The notes below the pieces were generated by a model. It was not told the origin of the DNA. It searched no databases and saw nothing but the letters and a program-made list of their open reading frames with translations. Below are positions 61,701 to 64,000 of a stretch of DNA of 64,000 bases, piece by piece (position 1 is the first letter of the stretch; the number at the start of each line of letters is the position of its first letter). The DNA comes from an uncultured Thermoanaerobaculia bacterium (lineage in GTDB: Bacteria > Acidobacteriota > Thermoanaerobaculia > Thermoanaerobaculales > Sulfomarinibacteraceae): NCBI GenBank assembly GCA_964423595.1, contig CAYRFI010000001.1:21598-85597 (forward strand), in the 5' to 3' direction. The translations under genes and the position numbers were made by a program.

Positions 61701-62319
61701 CCGGGTGCCCGTCGACCTCGAGGTTGTAGCCCCCCCGCGCCTCGACCACCATCCAGCCGGTCGTCTCGGCAGCCACCTGCAAGGTCCACGAAACAAGAAA
61801 GACACCGTCAGCCATCATGGCCCGGGGCGGCCCGTGCCACGCGTCGGCGGTCCGCATCAGCAAACGGAACGGACCTGCCGGATCGGACCACATGGTACCG
61901 AGAGGCGGCAGATCCGAATCCAGCGGCACCACGTCGCGTTCCAGATCGAGGGTGCTGAAAACACCGAAAGCGCCTGCCATTTCGGCGGTTGCCAGCGCAC
62001 CGGCAGGAGGACGAGCCCCGAGGCTGGCCGCCACCTGCTCGAGAACAAACCCGAGTTCCGGATCGCGACCGTTGTCGGCGGCCGCCAACACCTCTTCCGG
62101 TTCCGGGAGGTCTTCGATATTGGCGAGCCACCAGGAGGCGGCCGCCAAAGCATCGGCACTGCCCGGGTCTGCGGCGATGGTCTGTAAGGCGAGTTCACGC
62201 GCGCTGTCGAGATCAAACTCCATCCCCGCCTGCCATACCTCCCACCACCCGGCGTTGACCGTGAGCGATGAAGCACAACAGACGACGATCAGGAGTGCGC
62301 GGCGCCACACAGTGATCAT
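58798..62319 (-). CDS. 1173-aa exported protein with TPR-like N-terminal half and DUF3857/DUF3858-like region
   Basis: Signal MITVWRRALLIVVCCASSLTVNA. Helical repeat region. ..SSIYYYHGLTRANTPVG...HVFKIRVLKPDGEFVVPSDL...EPGDVVEEEYVAWV.. resembles DUF3857. ATGA overlap with the upstream gene. Confidence 0.55.
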   Translation of the reverse strand: MITVWRRALLIVVCCASSLTVNAGWWEVWQAGMEFDLDSARELALQTIAADPGSADALAAASWWLANIEDLPEPEEVLAAADNGRDPELGFVLEQVAASLGARPPAGALATAEMAGAFGVFSTLDLERDVVPLDSDLPPLGTMWSDPAGPFRLLMRTADAWHGPPRAMMADGVFLVSWTLQVAAETTGWMVVEARGGYNLEVDGHPVDQRRYCGQVDPGVAWYRLRLARGVHRLRLEVASPDGPKVRVSVLDDQGHPTRSLTRVDRADENWAASEITAALPPASAELSRRLQDGDAPVPEYLLAAQLARGRSDPEDEYRWIDRARVVDPDNPWVALALARHFIATDNGVPGVDRARNISQLLREASGIPGSRLLERSIAIREGRSEDAENIIDQLVTDYPNDSRVLRAWVRETVRRGWVREAEEGLTQLEADLPGSLAVTDLQLEVLASLERWRERGSLLRALAVATPIETRWIGQMASSCLVGEAAAATASLAPEVLDPDLDVQLVTLLLENGNVEAARTELEQARNRWGDLRIFDELGLLLAGEDRGALDVALAGALERNPSNLRLLTLSWRNGSEPFFTPFAVDGHDFIGKYRDLGADVDAVLLLDQAVERIFADGSSIYYYHGLTRANTPVGARRASMLQPLPDAHVFKIRVLKPDGEFVVPSDLQPGQGSITLSDVEPGDVVEEEYVAWVGPTGASRDGHLPPYIYRFADPDRAFGLSEYILLVPPEVDIQVDGNFEGLERSEKEWQGLRMLYWRAEDVPPMPTEPFAPPAQDLMPWLNYGFGVSWQDVGDAVRDRVLPILRSSPELRAWEREVLVGETPEEQLESLVDALVETVDRGDAEISVAETAGESFSRRRGNRLGIVAAVLVEAGWDVDLVLTRPWTDRDQRLQVPTLDAFPVALLRVTHGGDEIWFDSREERRGVGSIHVLFQGSDGLVLPLSNPRQPVVRIEKLPTFSNPDLVDEFAVRATVDADGGAHIAFTMPLRGGQAARLLERVESVPEDQVGMVYRQMALSMFSGADTVDGEIEKTEDGATIHLDITVPGACDAEDGELVCRSLILANPVVPMLARLPERIYPVMIRVPIERRIQLDLVPPPGWAPIKRHPRRLDAEWGSVSETLEPVDGTQRSVLRVELPAQTVAPENYRAFARFCQAIDELTTRPPRLERVTE

Positions 62320-64000
62320 GGCGCCTCCAATCGCCGCCCCAGGTGTCGCTCGACCGTCACCAGGAACTCTCGCAATCCAGAGACGTCCCCCGCATCGTAA
62401 ATCCCTGCCTCAAAATGTAATTGGCCATCGACCCGGTAGCCGTTGCTCAGACTCTTTGGAGTGATCTTCAGCGAACCATATGCGGTGTTCAGCTCGACCT
62501 CAGCCGGTGTACTTTTGGGTGGGCGACCGAGATCGACTTCGAGTGTCCACTCGAGGTCGGGTCGCACATCGATCTTCAAAGGCCCGTGACGGGTCCCGCC
62601 GGGTACCATCCGCGCCGCCCAATCGAGCTTCCCGGGGTATGTGCCGACGCCCCCGCCGCTCGCCAGCGCGGTCTTTGCGATCGTGCCTTCGATTTCGACG
62701 ATCGTCGGATCTCGGCCGGGTACCAGCTGCAGCGTGGGGTCCCCGGTCAGCTGTGCCCCGGGAAACTGTTCCTGTAACCAGCGCGCGAACCGCTGCGGGT
62801 CACGACTGCCACCAAACCGCCCCCGCCGGACATCGGCCGCTTCACCGGTGTCGCGAGTCTCGATCGTGATCGCTACGTCGGAGGCGTCGCCGGGCCCGAG
62901 AGCGAAGCGTATTTTTGTACCCCCCGCACCGACAACCGGCGAGAACTGCGGTCGGCTCTGTGATCCATCGACGACCAGAACAAATGCGCCCTGGTCTATC
63001 GATGGCGGTGGAAAAACCGCGTGACCCGTGGCGGTGCCGTCGAGCCACAAGTCGTCTTCGGGGAGATAGACGATTGCGTGGTTGAAAACCTCGAGAACTG
63101 CGAGATCGTTGCTGACCGGGCCGAGATCAGCACTCCGAATCATCACCATGCGTGCCGGCACACCGATGACGTCAAGCAGCGCCACCAACAGCGCAGCCTT
63201 GTCCTTGCAGTCGCCGATGCGATGGTGGAGCACCCAATCCGCCGAAAAGGGCCGATAACGATGTTCGCCAAACTCGAGCCCAACGTAACGGATATCGTTG
63301 GTCACAAAACGATAGAGACGCCTGATTCGATCGAGACGATCGTCGACACCATTGACCAAGCGAAACGCGGTTTCTTCCACCTGCTCCGATATCCGCACCC
63401 TCGACGCCACGTGGCGCCCGTACCAATCCGCCAAAGCACCCCACTGCGGATGGTTGGAGTAGACCAGGTAGGGCGTCACCATGAGCTGCGGTGCGGCCGG
63501 AACGTCGGACGGGATCGCCGGAAGATCGCGCCATTCCCAACGCAGGCGAACGACACCGGAGTCGTCTTCTTCGCGCACCGGCTCGCCGTCAAGGTTGGCA
63601 ATCTCCCACTCCGGAAGAACTGCACCCGGACCCACCAACTCGACCTCCATCAACGCCACCGGGACCCCTCGGCCGAGGAGAATCAACCCGCCGTTGTACG
63701 GACCGGTCTCGTTGGCCTCGTCGGTCTCGGAGAGAACGTAAGCAACCTCGACGAGGTCTCCGTCTTCAAGCTCGTCAAATTGCAGGACCCTCAGTCGTGT
63801 GTCGTAGTAGAGGTTGAATTCGGGCTCTGACAGGCGGGGGGTGTCGCCCTGGCGGGCGCCGATTTCGGAGCCGTCGCGACGCAGGATTCTCGCGCGCAAC
63901 ACGCGCAGGCGTTGATTTTCAGCAACGTGGGCGATCTGTTGGTTGCGGAGCTCGTCAGCGCGAGCCGCATCGGTGATCAAGAACACCTGCTGAACCCTCT
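62316..64000 (-). CDS. DUF3857 plus transglutaminase-core protein (5' end beyond the window)
   Basis: ..VLHHRIGDCKDKAALLVALLDVIGVPARMVMI.. is the transglutaminase Cys core. The N-terminal part is DUF3857-like (..LRARILRRDGSEI...GDLVEVAYVLSE..). The frame stays open to the window edge. Confidence 0.7.
   Translation of the reverse strand, partial: RVQQVFLITDAARADELRNQQIAHVAENQRLRVLRARILRRDGSEIGARQGDTPRLSEPEFNLYYDTRLRVLQFDELEDGDLVEVAYVLSETDEANETGPYNGGLILLGRGVPVALMEVELVGPGAVLPEWEIANLDGEPVREEDDSGVVRLRWEWRDLPAIPSDVPAAPQLMVTPYLVYSNHPQWGALADWYGRHVASRVRISEQVEETAFRLVNGVDDRLDRIRRLYRFVTNDIRYVGLEFGEHRYRPFSADWVLHHRIGDCKDKAALLVALLDVIGVPARMVMIRSADLGPVSNDLAVLEVFNHAIVYLPEDDLWLDGTATGHAVFPPPSIDQGAFVLVVDGSQSRPQFSPVVGAGGTKIRFALGPGDASDVAITIETRDTGEAADVRRGRFGGSRDPQRFARWLQEQFPGAQLTGDPTLQLVPGRDPTIVEIEGTIAKTALASGGGVGTYPGKLDWAARMVPGGTRHGPLKIDVRPDLEWTLEVDLGRPPKSTPAEVELNTAYGSLKITPKSLSNGYRVDGQLHFEAGIYDAGDVSGLREFLVTVERHLGRRLEAP

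Overview
High-GC bacterial chromosomal window with about 45 credible genes. The gene content (multihaem/TPR cytochrome, BNR/sortilin-like protein, DUF3857/transglutaminase pair, CarboxypepD_reg giant, NtrC pair) suggests an Acidobacteriota-like organism, but that is inference only. All homology calls come from reading the supplied translations and recalling family motifs; no searches were run. Intergenic coordinates were anchored to ORF-track boundaries. Main content: (1) two tandem hybrid histidine kinases; (2) a TetR-led bacterial microcompartment operon (6.6-12.9 kb) with RpiB, DeoC, an acylating aldehyde dehydrogenase and six shell genes, i.e. SPU-like, with no PduL or alcohol dehydrogenase recognised; (3) a YdbH-like AsmA-family giant followed by a YnbE-YdbL fusion ORF; (4) a cytochrome b / Rieske / octahaem-TPR cytochrome operon; (5) envelope genes (vWA-TSP3-OmpA lipoprotein, small beta-barrels); (6) a self-contained operon for a 66-aa Cys-containing exported peptide, a beta-propeller-like protein and a 1046-aa CarboxypepD_reg protein; (7) nhaA, a solute-binding protein and a decayed patch of pseudogenes; (8) housekeeping genes (ggt, SMUG1-like UDG, mnmA, rsgA); (9) a PDZ-histidine kinase/NtrC pair and a divergent pair made of a cNMP-binding/DUF4388 protein and a large cyclase-homology protein; (10) a DUF3857/transglutaminase pair. 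The window is unusually rich in structured intergenic repeats. These include two identical 176-bp MITEs with YTAR target duplications, a 423-bp MITE-like insertion in a CTAG at the 3' ends of two convergent genes, a family of long hairpins built from about 8-nt periodic repeats, and several short tandem repeats. No rRNA, tRNA or CRISPR was found.
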